From: an uncultured Verrucomicrobiae bacterium
GTDB lineage: Bacteria > Verrucomicrobiota > Verrucomicrobiia > Chthoniobacterales > JAFAMB01
DNA length: 64,000 bases
NCBI GenBank assembly: GCA_963813025.1
Contig: CAWEXO010000014.1
Span: 96,001-160,000 of the forward strand
Direction of reading: 5' to 3'
Shown in pieces: positions 1-9,131 of the stretch. The translations under genes and the position numbers were made by a program. The notes under the pieces were generated by a model, which saw only the letters and a list, made by a program, of their open reading frames with translations, made no database searches and was not told the origin of the DNA. Each line of letters opens with the position of its first letter. Positions within the stretch are counted from its first letter, which is position 1.

Positions 1-144
1 AAACGTGTCGCCGGCAATACAGCGTTCGGCTTCACTGATCGAGGTGCAAACCGAGACGGCAAGACGTTTACTCTTAAGTTGTAGCTCCAGAGAGCGGCAA
101 ACGATCGGATCGTCATCGATGACGACCACCTTTTCAATAGCCAT
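1..144 (-). CDS. Response regulator, N-terminal receiver domain (runs off the left edge)
   Basis: Manual translation from ATG at 144: MAIEKVVVIDDDPIVCRSLELQLKSKRLAVSVCTSISEAERCIAGDTF, a typical REC N-terminus with acidic DDD. Confidence 0.8.
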   Translation of the reverse strand, partial: MAIEKVVVIDDDPIVCRSLELQLKSKRLAVSVCTSISEAERCIAGDTF

Positions 145-363
145 AACTGTTAGAACTTAACGCTACTGCACTGTCTCATATATACCGATGAAGTCGTTGC
201 GTCCAAAATGGGCCGCCGGCAAGGCGGTCTCCCGAATTCCTTCGCCAAGGCGGTTTTCCCGCCCTAAGCTGCCGGCAAGCTGCTTCCGTTTCGCCGTCTC
301 TTTTGTACGAAGACAAAAGTCCGTCTAAACTTAGCCAGCGCAGCGTCGATACCCTAAGAAACT

Positions 364-591
364 GTGCTTGTGCTTGCGACCAGAAACAATCCCGAACACC
401 CTGCTACTCGGTTGAGCAGCGGGTCGGTACCTCGAAACTGGCGTTTCGCCCCGCGACCTTCGACGGACTGGCCGCCTCCAGCGCCTCTCGATCGAACGCC
501 CGGTGGGCTGGCGAGCGATCCGGATTATCCGAGCGAGGAGGTCCTGGAGCGTGTCGCTGCACGGTTGTTTGAAATTTTCCTGGCGCCCTGA
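364..591 (+). CDS. Small hypothetical protein (start uncertain)
   Basis: 75-aa ORF with a protein-like helical C-terminus (LASDPDYPSEEVLERVAARLFEIFL), co-directional with the downstream signalling genes. Confidence 0.35.
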   Translation: MLVLATRNNPEHPATRLSSGSVPRNWRFAPRPSTDWPPPAPLDRTPGGLASDPDYPSEEVLERVAARLFEIFLAP

Positions 592-681
592 AGAGGCTGG
601 TCGGCAAGTTCACCGGTGGATTAAGATTTGGCAGCCACACTCGGCTGGTCGGCGAAATGTTTCGGAAAAGAAGCGTGAACT

Positions 682-1326
682 GTGGGGAACAAGCACAAAT
701 TGCAAACTAGGGAAACAGCGCGGGAAAGGTATCTGAGCTTTCTGCTCGACCGGCTTAATCACGACTTGAGCAACTCGGTGGGGGGCATCTTCTCGCTCGC
801 GGATCATCATCTCCGAACTGGATCTGACGATCGCCAGAGCTTGGACGAAAGTCTGAAACTTATTTATCGCAGCTGCGAGGAATCACGGCGGCTGCTGCTG
901 TTAATCGGCGAACTGCTGCAGCCGGCTGATTGCGAAATCGAGCTTTTTCGTCTTTCGACGCTAGCCAGAGAAGTGGCGGAGACGTTGAAGGTCGTTCTTC
1001 CGCGAAGCATTCAACTGCGTCAGTCATTTTCCAACCAGGACGGCGGTGTGTTCGTCAACCGTGCTCTTCTGATGCGAGCTTTCGTTGAGCTGGCGAGTTT
1101 AACCCTTCCGGAAGAGCGCTCCAAAGTAAGCGCGATCAGCTGCGACGCTCTGGTGGAAGAGAAAACGGCGACTTTTCATTACGAGTCTGACGTTCCCGCG
1201 AGTGCCGAACTCATCGGCCAAGTGCGAACACTTTTCGGAAAAATGCTTGAACCTGGCCAAATTGATTTTCCGGAGAAGCACGGCAACTTCAACCTGCGTT
1301 TACACTTTCCGCTGGTGCAGATTTGA
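682..1326 (+). CDS. Histidine-kinase-like protein: H-box plus degenerate ATP-binding domain
   Basis: H-box LNHDLSNSVGGI. The N-box region (LLMRAFVELASL) lacks Asn and there is no DxGxG G1 box. Confidence 0.65.
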   Translation: MGNKHKLQTRETARERYLSFLLDRLNHDLSNSVGGIFSLADHHLRTGSDDRQSLDESLKLIYRSCEESRRLLLLIGELLQPADCEIELFRLSTLAREVAETLKVVLPRSIQLRQSFSNQDGGVFVNRALLMRAFVELASLTLPEERSKVSAISCDALVEEKTATFHYESDVPASAELIGQVRTLFGKMLEPGQIDFPEKHGNFNLRLHFPLVQI

Positions 1327-1354
1327 GTGGCATCGCGGTCAGTCTGGTGTGTCG

Positions 1355-1428
1355 TGGAGTGCGCGCGACCTTCCTTGGCCTGCGCGGTGCTCGGCTACGG
1401 CGCGGCAGGCCTTGTTTCCGCTTTCGGA
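1355..1428 (+). repeat. Repeat family C copy (TGGAGTGCG...TTGTCGCCGCTTT type) carrying a ~42-nt insert
   Basis: Similar to the copies at 29122-29298, 55117-55250 and 59395-59466. Confidence 0.65.
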
Positions 1429-1512
1429 CAGCACGGAGATGGTGCGCCGGAACCGGAAGAGTTAGCAGCTTTGATCGGCTCGGTGTATATGTTCGCAGCA
1501 AGGGATTGGTGA

Positions 1513-2352
1513 ATGGCTCTAACCCCGCTGGTCTTGGTTGTGGACGATGATCGGGTGGTGCTCCACGCGCTCCAGGAGCAGCTCGCCAGGGACGCCTATC
1601 GAGTGGTTGCCTTGTCTCGGGTACTACCTGCGCTCGATCATCTCAGCCGGGAAACCTTTACGGTAATTCTCGCGGACCAGTTCATGCCGGGGATGTCCGG
1701 GCTGGAATTTCTGCGGAAGTGTCGTGAAATCCAGCCGCTTTGCACTCGGATTGCCATCACCGGATTGAATAGCCTTCCGGGAATACAGGACGCTCTGGCA
1801 AAAGGGCTCATCCATCGATTTCTCCTGAAACCTTGGAATCGCCTCGATCTCCTGCTTGCCTTGCGACAAGGCGTTGAGCGCTTCGAAACTCTGCAGGAGG
1901 TTGCCACCTTGTCACGTGAGAACAAGCGGCAAAGAGAGGAGCTGGCATCTCTCGTCTCCCGGCTGCGGGAGGCTGCGCCTCATCTGATCGGAGGAATGAC
2001 TGCTCCCGCCGCGACGGGCCCAGACCTTTTCGATCAGGTGTCCGGCGAAGCGTGCGAATCACCGAAACAAAGCCGGGCTTCCGAGCCGGCCAAGGATAAG
2101 GACGCTGCCAGCGCCCTCGAACAGACGGTTCACGATTTCAGAAATCACCTGGCGTCCATTTTGAGTTATACCGAGCTCGTTCTTGCGCGGCCAGACTTGC
2201 TCTCAGACCGGGAAAAAATTCTAGGCTACCTGGACCTGATACGGACCGCCACCCTCGAAGCCCAGACCTCTCTGAATCGCCTGCAAGATAGTTTACCGGA
2301 TTCACCCGCGGAGTCCCAAATCAAGGCCGGCCTTTCCGCTAAAGCCGTTTAA
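1513..2352 (+). CDS. Response regulator: REC, coiled coil and C-terminal HisKA-like H-box, no ATPase domain
   Basis: VLVVDDD...ILADQFMPGMSG...LLKPW receiver motifs; C-terminal TVHDFRNHLASIL H-box. Confidence 0.8.
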   Translation: MALTPLVLVVDDDRVVLHALQEQLARDAYRVVALSRVLPALDHLSRETFTVILADQFMPGMSGLEFLRKCREIQPLCTRIAITGLNSLPGIQDALAKGLIHRFLLKPWNRLDLLLALRQGVERFETLQEVATLSRENKRQREELASLVSRLREAAPHLIGGMTAPAATGPDLFDQVSGEACESPKQSRASEPAKDKDAASALEQTVHDFRNHLASILSYTELVLARPDLLSDREKILGYLDLIRTATLEAQTSLNRLQDSLPDSPAESQIKAGLSAKAV

Positions 2353-3859
2353 GCTCGGGTAGCGAATACACTTTCTGCAGGTTGGGCGCGTCGGCGATCA
2401 CCTGTTGCGCATCGAGATAAATTTCGTGCGGATCCTCATCAAACTCGATCCGATGAAACCCGTTTTCCGGTTGTTGCGCAGCGCGCGCGAAGTCATCCAG
2501 GCTACGGATCGGGACGCCGTTTAACTTGGTAACCACGAGATAGTTGAGCTGTTCGTACCCGACAATATCCTGGGTGGGCAGGATCTGGCTCAGGATGACG
2601 ATCTTGCGCGGCTGCCGAAACAGCTCGGACTGGAACCGGTCATAGTAGACCAGCCGTTGCGGGGCTTCTTTCACCCAATTGCTGCCCCATTCCCGGAGAT
2701 ACGAACCGGACAATTCCTGGAACACCAGTCCACCGAGGACAAAATATTTCGGAGCATGTCCGTCGTTATAGGGTGGCACGACGTAGTCCTCCGGAGCGAT
2801 GCGCGAGAGGGTAATCGGGAGTTCCCGGCGTTCGCCGTTCCGCACAATGGTCATCCTGATATTGTCGCCGCAATAGCCGCCGGTTGTTGTCAGATTGACC
2901 AGCGCCACTTTGCCGTAAAGCGGGTCGTTATAATTCCCATCGGCGTCGATCGCTTGATCACCAACCGCAACCAGGATATCGCCCGCCTGCAGACTGGCTT
3001 TCGCGGCCGGCCCATTATACTCCACCTGGTTGACGTAGACACCGCCATCGGATTCTTTGAGACCAGCAAATCGTCGAAGTTGCGGATCGCGGGTCGGCGA
3101 AAAGCTAATGCCAACATGTGGAAAGCCCTGATAGGGCAATCGCTCGGTATCCCGCAAGAAGTGCTCAATGACCGGGCTGGGAATTGCGTCAACTGTTTGC
3201 GAGCGCGGGTCATAGCGCATCAGGAATCCTGCGAGTTTGTTATCCTTGACCAGGGGAAGCGTGAAGCTGTTCTCCCGGTACTGAAGCGGACAACTCAGTC
3301 GAAATAGTAAGAAATCCGTGTCCTCCAACACGTAACGTCCAACATCCACACTGGTTAGCAAAGCCTGCGTCGAGACTGGGGTCCCGTTGGCCTCGAGCTG
3401 GAGCAGGGCGAGGTGATCACCAGTTTTTACTTTGGTGTCGAGCTCAAGTGGTTGAAAATTGCTGATAAATTGGGGATCTGTCGGCTTGAGCGTGGCCAGG
3501 TTCGCTTCGCGATCGATGACCTCAACCTGCGCGGTGGATTTTTCACCTCCATCAGGACGCTCCAGCTCGATATAAGTGCTGTCATCAACGAGCTGCGCCG
3601 TAACAAGGATTTTTCCGCCATCAACGAAAACCCCAAGTCCGCGGCGATTAATGGGCGCTTTCTTACTCCACGGTCGGAAGAAATCGTACGATTGATTGGT
3701 CGAGTTCACCCGGACCACCGAACTTTTCTGGACGGGGGAAACCGTCTGTACTTTCGCGGTGAGCGGCGGGGGAGCTGCCGACGGCGTCGGCGTCGGTGCT
3801 GCGGCCAGCGCCAGCGAACTTCCTGCGAAGGTCAAGAAAGTCAGAATGTGCATCTTCAT
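2339..3859 (-). CDS. Secreted Deg/HtrA-family protease paralogue with PDZ domains, probably catalytically inactive
   Basis: Signal peptide, trypsin-like region, PDZ (GPAAKASLQAGDILVAVG) and Deg2-type C-terminal domain (PKYFVLGGLVF). Triad motifs altered: TAQLV, NLATL, ENSFTLP. Confidence 0.8.
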   Translation of the reverse strand: MKMHILTFLTFAGSSLALAAAPTPTPSAAPPPLTAKVQTVSPVQKSSVVRVNSTNQSYDFFRPWSKKAPINRRGLGVFVDGGKILVTAQLVDDSTYIELERPDGGEKSTAQVEVIDREANLATLKPTDPQFISNFQPLELDTKVKTGDHLALLQLEANGTPVSTQALLTSVDVGRYVLEDTDFLLFRLSCPLQYRENSFTLPLVKDNKLAGFLMRYDPRSQTVDAIPSPVIEHFLRDTERLPYQGFPHVGISFSPTRDPQLRRFAGLKESDGGVYVNQVEYNGPAAKASLQAGDILVAVGDQAIDADGNYNDPLYGKVALVNLTTTGGYCGDNIRMTIVRNGERRELPITLSRIAPEDYVVPPYNDGHAPKYFVLGGLVFQELSGSYLREWGSNWVKEAPQRLVYYDRFQSELFRQPRKIVILSQILPTQDIVGYEQLNYLVVTKLNGVPIRSLDDFARAAQQPENGFHRIEFDEDPHEIYLDAQQVIADAPNLQKVYSLPELKRL

Positions 3860-5323
3860 AATACTGCTCCCGCGCCCAGATTCTGTTCGATCCGAACGTT
3901 GTAATTTGCCAGGATGCGTTTGCGCGCTTCCTGGACTGCCTGGCTTTCCAGGACAGCCGGCCGGGTTCCTCCGACGAACTTCACGATGTAATACTGAGCG
4001 GGTTTGCTCAAAGCCGAGGCGACATCATTCAAGGTGCGGATCTTTTGATCATTGATCTGATCCACGATCTGGTAGCGAAAGTCTGAAAAATAAGCATTGA
4101 TCGGATCCGGCAGGATATTTGACAAAACAATCACTTCCGGATGTTTCAGATAGATTTCGTCTGTGACAAAATAGTCGTAAAAATACCGGAGGCGGAGATC
4201 GTCGACCTGGTAGGCTTCCATGAAGTTTCGCGACAGCGGTTGAAAGAGAAGCCCGGCGAACAGCACGAAACGCGGATACTCATCATAGTGCTCCGCTTGC
4301 ATCAGGTACGGCTCATTTGGTTCCAAGGTCACCTCCACATTCATGGGCTCTTTGTCTCGCAAAATGCCGAAGTTTACTTTGTCGTCCTTCAGTTTGCGCT
4401 CGACGACCTCCGACATGTCGAGACGGGTGCCATCCAATTGCACAAAGCCGTCACTGGCAATCGGGTTCCCGTCGATCGTCGAAAAGTACGTCTCCCTGCC
4501 GGAGTTTGCCGTCGCAGGAGCCCCCGGCTGAGACTGTACTGACCATGACGCCCCGATCATCATCACTCAGACCCAGGGCCCGTCGTTCTGCGCTATTCAC
4601 CAGTTTCTGGTAAGTGATCGAGAGGTCGACATAACGATCGTAATGGCCATGAGCGATATCGTTGAGAAAACGCTCGATCACCGGGGTCGGAATCATGTAG
4701 CCGACGTTCTGTGCTACTTCTCCGGAATACCCCTGAAAGGCCACTCCGATCACTTTTCCATTTTGGAGGACCGGGCCGCCGGAATTACCGGGGTTGATTG
4801 CCGCGGAAATCTGAACTGCCAGATGGGTGTCCACACCCGAGTGTGTATAAACCTGGAAGTCAATCCGGGAGACGATGCCTTGAGTCACGGACATACGTTC
4901 TCCGCCGATCGGGTAACCGAAAACCTCCACGGACGACTCGATCTCGGGCAGATCCCCCAGCGTCAGCGGGATGGTATTCTTGAAAAAGCTCGGGTCGCTC
5001 ACTTTGAGAACCGCAAGATCGCAGTCGTGGCCGACAAACTGCACGGTAGCGACGTATCGGCGCGGGTCGTCTTCTTTCTCCAGGGTAATAAATCGTGAGT
5101 TGCTGACAACATGGGCGTTCGTCAGAATTCTTTGACCATCAATTACGAAACCGGCACCAACACCTCCGCCCACGTTACCGGGATTCCACGGGACCTTGTA
5201 ATCGGGCTCCTGGGAAGTGGTCGTGATCCGCACAAGACTTTTGCGGATCGCGGAAGCCGGCCCATTCTGGGCGAGCGCGTTCGTGGTGATAAGCAAAACG
5301 GCGAGAGCAATACTACGAATCAT
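3856..5323 (-). CDS. Secreted Deg/HtrA serine protease with PDZ domains; one frameshift near 4482
   Basis: ORF 4451-5323 has an intact triad (TNAHV, DLAVL, GNSGGP). ORF 3856-4566 continues the PDZ domains. Removing one base near 4482 joins GDVL to TIDGNPI. Confidence 0.85.
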
Positions 5324-5379
5324 CGTTATGAGCCGGGAAAGTGGACTAGAAGCGTGTTTGGTTCAATGGGCAAGGCAAT

Positions 5380-5481
5380 TTACGTTCACGTTTCTGGTTT
5401 CTCGTTGCGCGACGGCGCGTCTGTGTCATGGAGAGCGACGCTCGATGCGACACGCGAAATGCAAAACGTGAACGCAAGACG
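5380..5481. repeat. Imperfect palindrome with degenerate heptamer arms (GAAACGY-like)
   Basis: ttacgttcacgtttctggtttctcg ... cgcgaaatgcaaaacgtgaacgcaa. Confidence 0.55.
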
Positions 5482-5487
5482 TACCCT

Positions 5488-6612
5488 TCAGACGTTGAAC
5501 CTGAACTCCAGCACGTCGCCGTCCTGCACAACGTATTCTTTGCCCTCGACCCGGAGCTTGCCGGCTTCCCGGGCCCGCGCGAAAGAACCTAATTCTACCA
5601 GATCGTGGTAGTGCACCGTTTCGGCCGCGATGAATCCGCGTTGAAAATCTGAGTGAATGACCCCGGCGGCTGCGTGAGCTTTATCGCCGGAGTGAATCGT
5701 CCAGGCCCGCGTCTCTTTTTCGCCCGTGGTGAAATAGGTACGCAAACCGAGAAGATGATAGACGGCGCGAATCAGTGATCCGACACCGCTTTCCTGTAGT
5801 CCCAATCCAGATAAATACTCCTGCGCTTCGGATGGAGAGAGATCGATCAATTCACTTTCGATCTGCGCACTGATAACGACTGCTTCGGTTCCGAGGTGAG
5901 TCTTGACGTAGTCCTGCACCGCCGCCGTATGCCGGGCCGCGGGAGCGTCGGTCTTCTGCGCTAATGCTGCCGCCAGATCGCCTTCAGCCACGTTGCACGC
6001 GAAAATCGTCGGCTTCGCCGTCAGCAGAGAAAACGATCGGAGGAGGTGCTTTTCTTCTGGAGTCGTCGGCAGAGTAATGGCTGGACGCTCCTCATTGAGA
6101 AAGGGTAACAGCCGCTCCATCAATGCCGCTTCAGTCCTGGCCTGTTTGTCGCCACTCCGGATCTGTTTTTGCATGCGGTCGAGTCGCTTGGTCAGACTCG
6201 CGAGATCGGCCAGAACCAGTTCGGTGTTGACGATCTCGATGTCCCGAATCGGGTCAATCGAGCCGGTCACGTGGTGGATGTCGGGGTTTTCGAAACAGCG
6301 GACGACCTGCACAATGGCATCGACTTCCCGGATATGACTGAGGAACTGGTTTCCCAGTCCTTCGCCCTGGCTGGCCCCTTTGACGAGTCCCGCGATGTCG
6401 ACAAACTCAATGGCCGCCGCGATTGTCTTTTGCGACTTTGAAAGTGTGGTTAGGACCGTCAGCCGATCATCCGGTACGAGTACCACCCCCTGGTTGGGAT
6501 CAATCGTGCAGAATGGATAATTAGCCGCTTCGGCTTTCCGGGTCCGGGTGACGGCATTGAACAACGTTGACTTCCCCACATTCGGCAACCCAACTACTCC
6601 GGCGCTTAACAT
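5488..6612 (-). CDS. ychF: Redox-regulated ATPase YchF
   Basis: GVVGLPNVGKSTLFNA, ANYPFCTIDPN, DIAGLVKGASQGEGLGNQFL, C-terminal EGKEYVVQDGD. Confidence 0.97.
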   Translation of the reverse strand: MLSAGVVGLPNVGKSTLFNAVTRTRKAEAANYPFCTIDPNQGVVLVPDDRLTVLTTLSKSQKTIAAAIEFVDIAGLVKGASQGEGLGNQFLSHIREVDAIVQVVRCFENPDIHHVTGSIDPIRDIEIVNTELVLADLASLTKRLDRMQKQIRSGDKQARTEAALMERLLPFLNEERPAITLPTTPEEKHLLRSFSLLTAKPTIFACNVAEGDLAAALAQKTDAPAARHTAAVQDYVKTHLGTEAVVISAQIESELIDLSPSEAQEYLSGLGLQESGVGSLIRAVYHLLGLRTYFTTGEKETRAWTIHSGDKAHAAAGVIHSDFQRGFIAAETVHYHDLVELGSFARAREAGKLRVEGKEYVVQDGDVLEFRFNV

Positions 6613-6657
6613 AGTCCGTCGTACTTATTCCATTGTCGGAGCGATTCACCTGAAATC

Positions 6658-6685
6658 TTGACTTTTAAGCCACACTTTCTAGGCT
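6658..6685 (+). promoter_or_regulatory. Putative sigma70 promoter
   Basis: TTGACT-N16-TAGGCT, 20 nt upstream of ATG 6706. Confidence 0.35.
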
Positions 6686-6705
6686 CGTCAGTCTGACTGA
6701 AATTT

Positions 6706-7107
6706 ATGGCTGACACTATCTCGTCGTCTCCGACCGGAAGCGATACCGGGTTACCTTCCAACGTGGGTGGGGGTTTGTGCGCGATTTTTGTTCTGATCGC
6801 TGGCATCATCTTCTATTTTGTCGAAAAACGTGACCAGTTCATCCGGCACTGGTCGGTGCAGTCCATTTATTTCGGGGGAACCTGGATCGCTTTTCGAATT
6901 GCTCTGGGAGTTTTGCAGGCGATCTTTCGTACTCTCCCGGGCATCGGTGGACTGATTAGCGCCTTACTCCTTCTGGTTGGTCTTGTCGGTGGCCTCGCGT
7001 TTCTCGTGCTCTGGATCATTGGCATTATCAAAGCCTTTCAAGGTGCCCGCTGGGAGTACCCGTTCATCTCGGAGCAGTGCAAAAGGCTGTTCCCGAATTT
7101 GGCCTGA
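6706..7107 (+). CDS. DUF4870-like small membrane protein
   Basis: TGLPSNVGGGLC, EKRDQFIRHWSVQS, WIIGIIKAFQG.RWEYP pattern, about 3 TM helices. Confidence 0.75.
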   Translation: MADTISSSPTGSDTGLPSNVGGGLCAIFVLIAGIIFYFVEKRDQFIRHWSVQSIYFGGTWIAFRIALGVLQAIFRTLPGIGGLISALLLLVGLVGGLAFLVLWIIGIIKAFQGARWEYPFISEQCKRLFPNLA

Positions 7108-7111
7108 GGAG

Positions 7112-7301
7112 GTTTCACGTTTCGCGACGGAGCGGTCGCTAACGCGGAACTTGTCGCGCCGGAGCGCCTTAGCTGGCACGTAGCGTGGACGGCCCGTCCG
7201 CACTTTCGGAACCGTGCACGAGGCGATGGCTTCTTACGCAGCGCAGTCGGTCAGCAGCGGCATCGCAGAAACGTGAAACGCGATAGGCGAAACGTGAAAC
7301 G
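7112..7301. repeat. Palindromic element with GAAACGY heptamer arms between convergent genes
   Basis: gtttcacgtttcgcg at left; gaaacgtgaaacgcgataggcgaaacgtgaaacg at right. Confidence 0.55.
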
Positions 7302-7305
7302 CCCC

Positions 7306-8118
7306 TCAACCTCGCACCGCGGCAACGAGCGGCGCGACCAGACCGGCAATCCGGTCCGCCAAATCTGCTTCCCTGCTGTATTCGCCAATCTTTCGAACGA
7401 TGGCGCTGCCTACCACGACCGCATCGGCCCATTGAGCAACCTGCTGGACCTGCGTGGGGTTTGAAATTCCGAATCCAACGGCCACCGGCAACTCTGAATA
7501 CTGGCGGATCTTGGCGACCTGCGCCTGAATACTGGGAGCCAAATCGGCGCGCTCTCCAGTTACGCCTTCGCGCGAAACGTAATAGATGAATCCGCTTGCC
7601 CGGGCGGCGATCCGGGCGAGTCGAAACTCAGGCGTCGTCGGCGCCACCAGGCGGATCCGATGCAGACGGTGCGGTTCCCGGTCCGGAATCAATTCTTCGT
7701 CGGGGGGCAGGTCAAGCAGCAGCAACCCATCTACGCCAGCGGCGCAGGCATCCCGATCAAATCGGTCGATAGTGTATTGCACAATCGGATTAAGGTAGCT
7801 GTAGAGAATAATTGGGACTGCGGTCTCTTTGCGGATCCGTGAAACAAGCAAGAGTATTTTCGGAAGAGTCGTGCCATTGAGGAGAGCGCGTTGCGCGCCC
7901 AGCTGGTTAGCGATTCCGTCGGCCAACGGATCGGAGAAGGGCACCCCGATTTCCAGGAAGTCGATCCCGGTTTTCGCAAGCTGAAGCGCGATCTCATAAC
8001 ACGTATCCAGGTCGGGATCGCCACCAGTGATGTAGGCCATGAACCCGCATCGGTGCTGCTTCCGGAGGTGGTCGAAGACCTGGTCGATGCGGTTCGCTGA
8101 AGAATCGTTAGAGTTCAC
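7306..8118 (-). CDS. trpA: Tryptophan synthase alpha chain
   Basis: YITGGDP, LEIGVPFSDPLADG, YYVSREGVTG, VGFGIS, ADAVVVGSAIV. Confidence 0.97.
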   Translation of the reverse strand: MNSNDSSANRIDQVFDHLRKQHRCGFMAYITGGDPDLDTCYEIALQLAKTGIDFLEIGVPFSDPLADGIANQLGAQRALLNGTTLPKILLLVSRIRKETAVPIILYSYLNPIVQYTIDRFDRDACAAGVDGLLLLDLPPDEELIPDREPHRLHRIRLVAPTTPEFRLARIAARASGFIYYVSREGVTGERADLAPSIQAQVAKIRQYSELPVAVGFGISNPTQVQQVAQWADAVVVGSAIVRKIGEYSREADLADRIAGLVAPLVAAVRG

Positions 8119-8153
8119 TCAAATATTCCGATAAGTCAAAACTGGTTTCTGCG

Positions 8154-9033
8154 ATGGATAGCGATCATCCGACTCTTTTAGCAGCGAGGCAACCTTTTGC
8201 CGCGGTGCTTCTCGCCGGCGGCCGCTCGCGCCGAATGGGTCAAGATAAAGGTTTATTGCAGGCTAGTCTGGGCACAAACGTCCTGCCGCTCTGGAAACGG
8301 CAGATCTGCGTCCTGCGCAGTCTCGCTCCGGCCCGGGTAATCATTTCCGGAGAGCCCAAGCCGTACTACCCCGATGGAGTCGACCTTTTGATGGATAAGT
8401 GGACCAAAGCAGGTCCGCTGGGCGGCCTCGCGACCTGCCTGGAGGCAGTGACTCAGCCGTTCGCGCTGTTCTTGGCGATCGATTTGCCAATGATCAGCGC
8501 TGATTTTCTCCTAAGAAACTGGATAAGGCCGGTCTAATAAAGTTAGCTCTTCCTAAGAGCCAAACAGCCCCCAATCGAGAACTCGGATGGTTTCTTGCCG
8601 CAACAAGAACCCGCAGCGGTTCTGGGGAACTCCTAAGAAACTGGATAAGGCCGGTCTAATAAAGTTAGCTCTTCCTAAGAGCCAAACAGCCCCCAATCGA
8701 GAACTCGGATGGTTTCTTGCCGCAACAAGAACCCGCAGCGGTTCTGGGGAACTAGCTAAGCTTCTCGGACTATGCGAATCCGGTCTCGGTGTCGTGCCCC
8801 AGACCGAAAATGGCTTTGATCCTCTGGCTGCCACCTATCCTGTGACGGCTTTGCCGATCACGCTCCGCCGGATTCAAACAGGGGATTATCGGCTCCAGGA
8901 CTTTGTCGCGGAACTAGTCCAGCAGGGCTTGGTCGTCCTCTACCCGGTTTCGCCAAGAGAAAAGAAGCTCCTGCAGAACTGGAATTGGCCGAGCGATGTT
9001 TTCTTACGGTTTGATCCCGAAAATCGGGAGTGA
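8154..9033 (+). pseudogene. mobA: Molybdenum cofactor guanylyltransferase interrupted by a 244-bp insertion
   Basis: LLAGGRSRRMGQDK, GPLGGL and AIDLP in the 5' part; DPLAATYP and NWNWPSD in the 3' part. Deleting 8510-8753 gives one 211-aa frame. Confidence 0.85.
8508..8753. mobile_element. Tandem dimer of a 122-bp non-coding element (MITE-like), CT at both ends and at the junction
   Basis: 8508-8629 is repeated exactly at 8630-8751, followed by CT. The unit is unrelated to the mobA coding sequence. Confidence 0.75.
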
Positions 9034-9131
9034 TTTCAGCACGGACTCCGTCACCCCGAAGATCAAGGGGATGGTTACAACCAGCCAGACTGCTATTAGC
9101 TCGGCTGGCGAACTTGGGCGTTCTTCTGATT

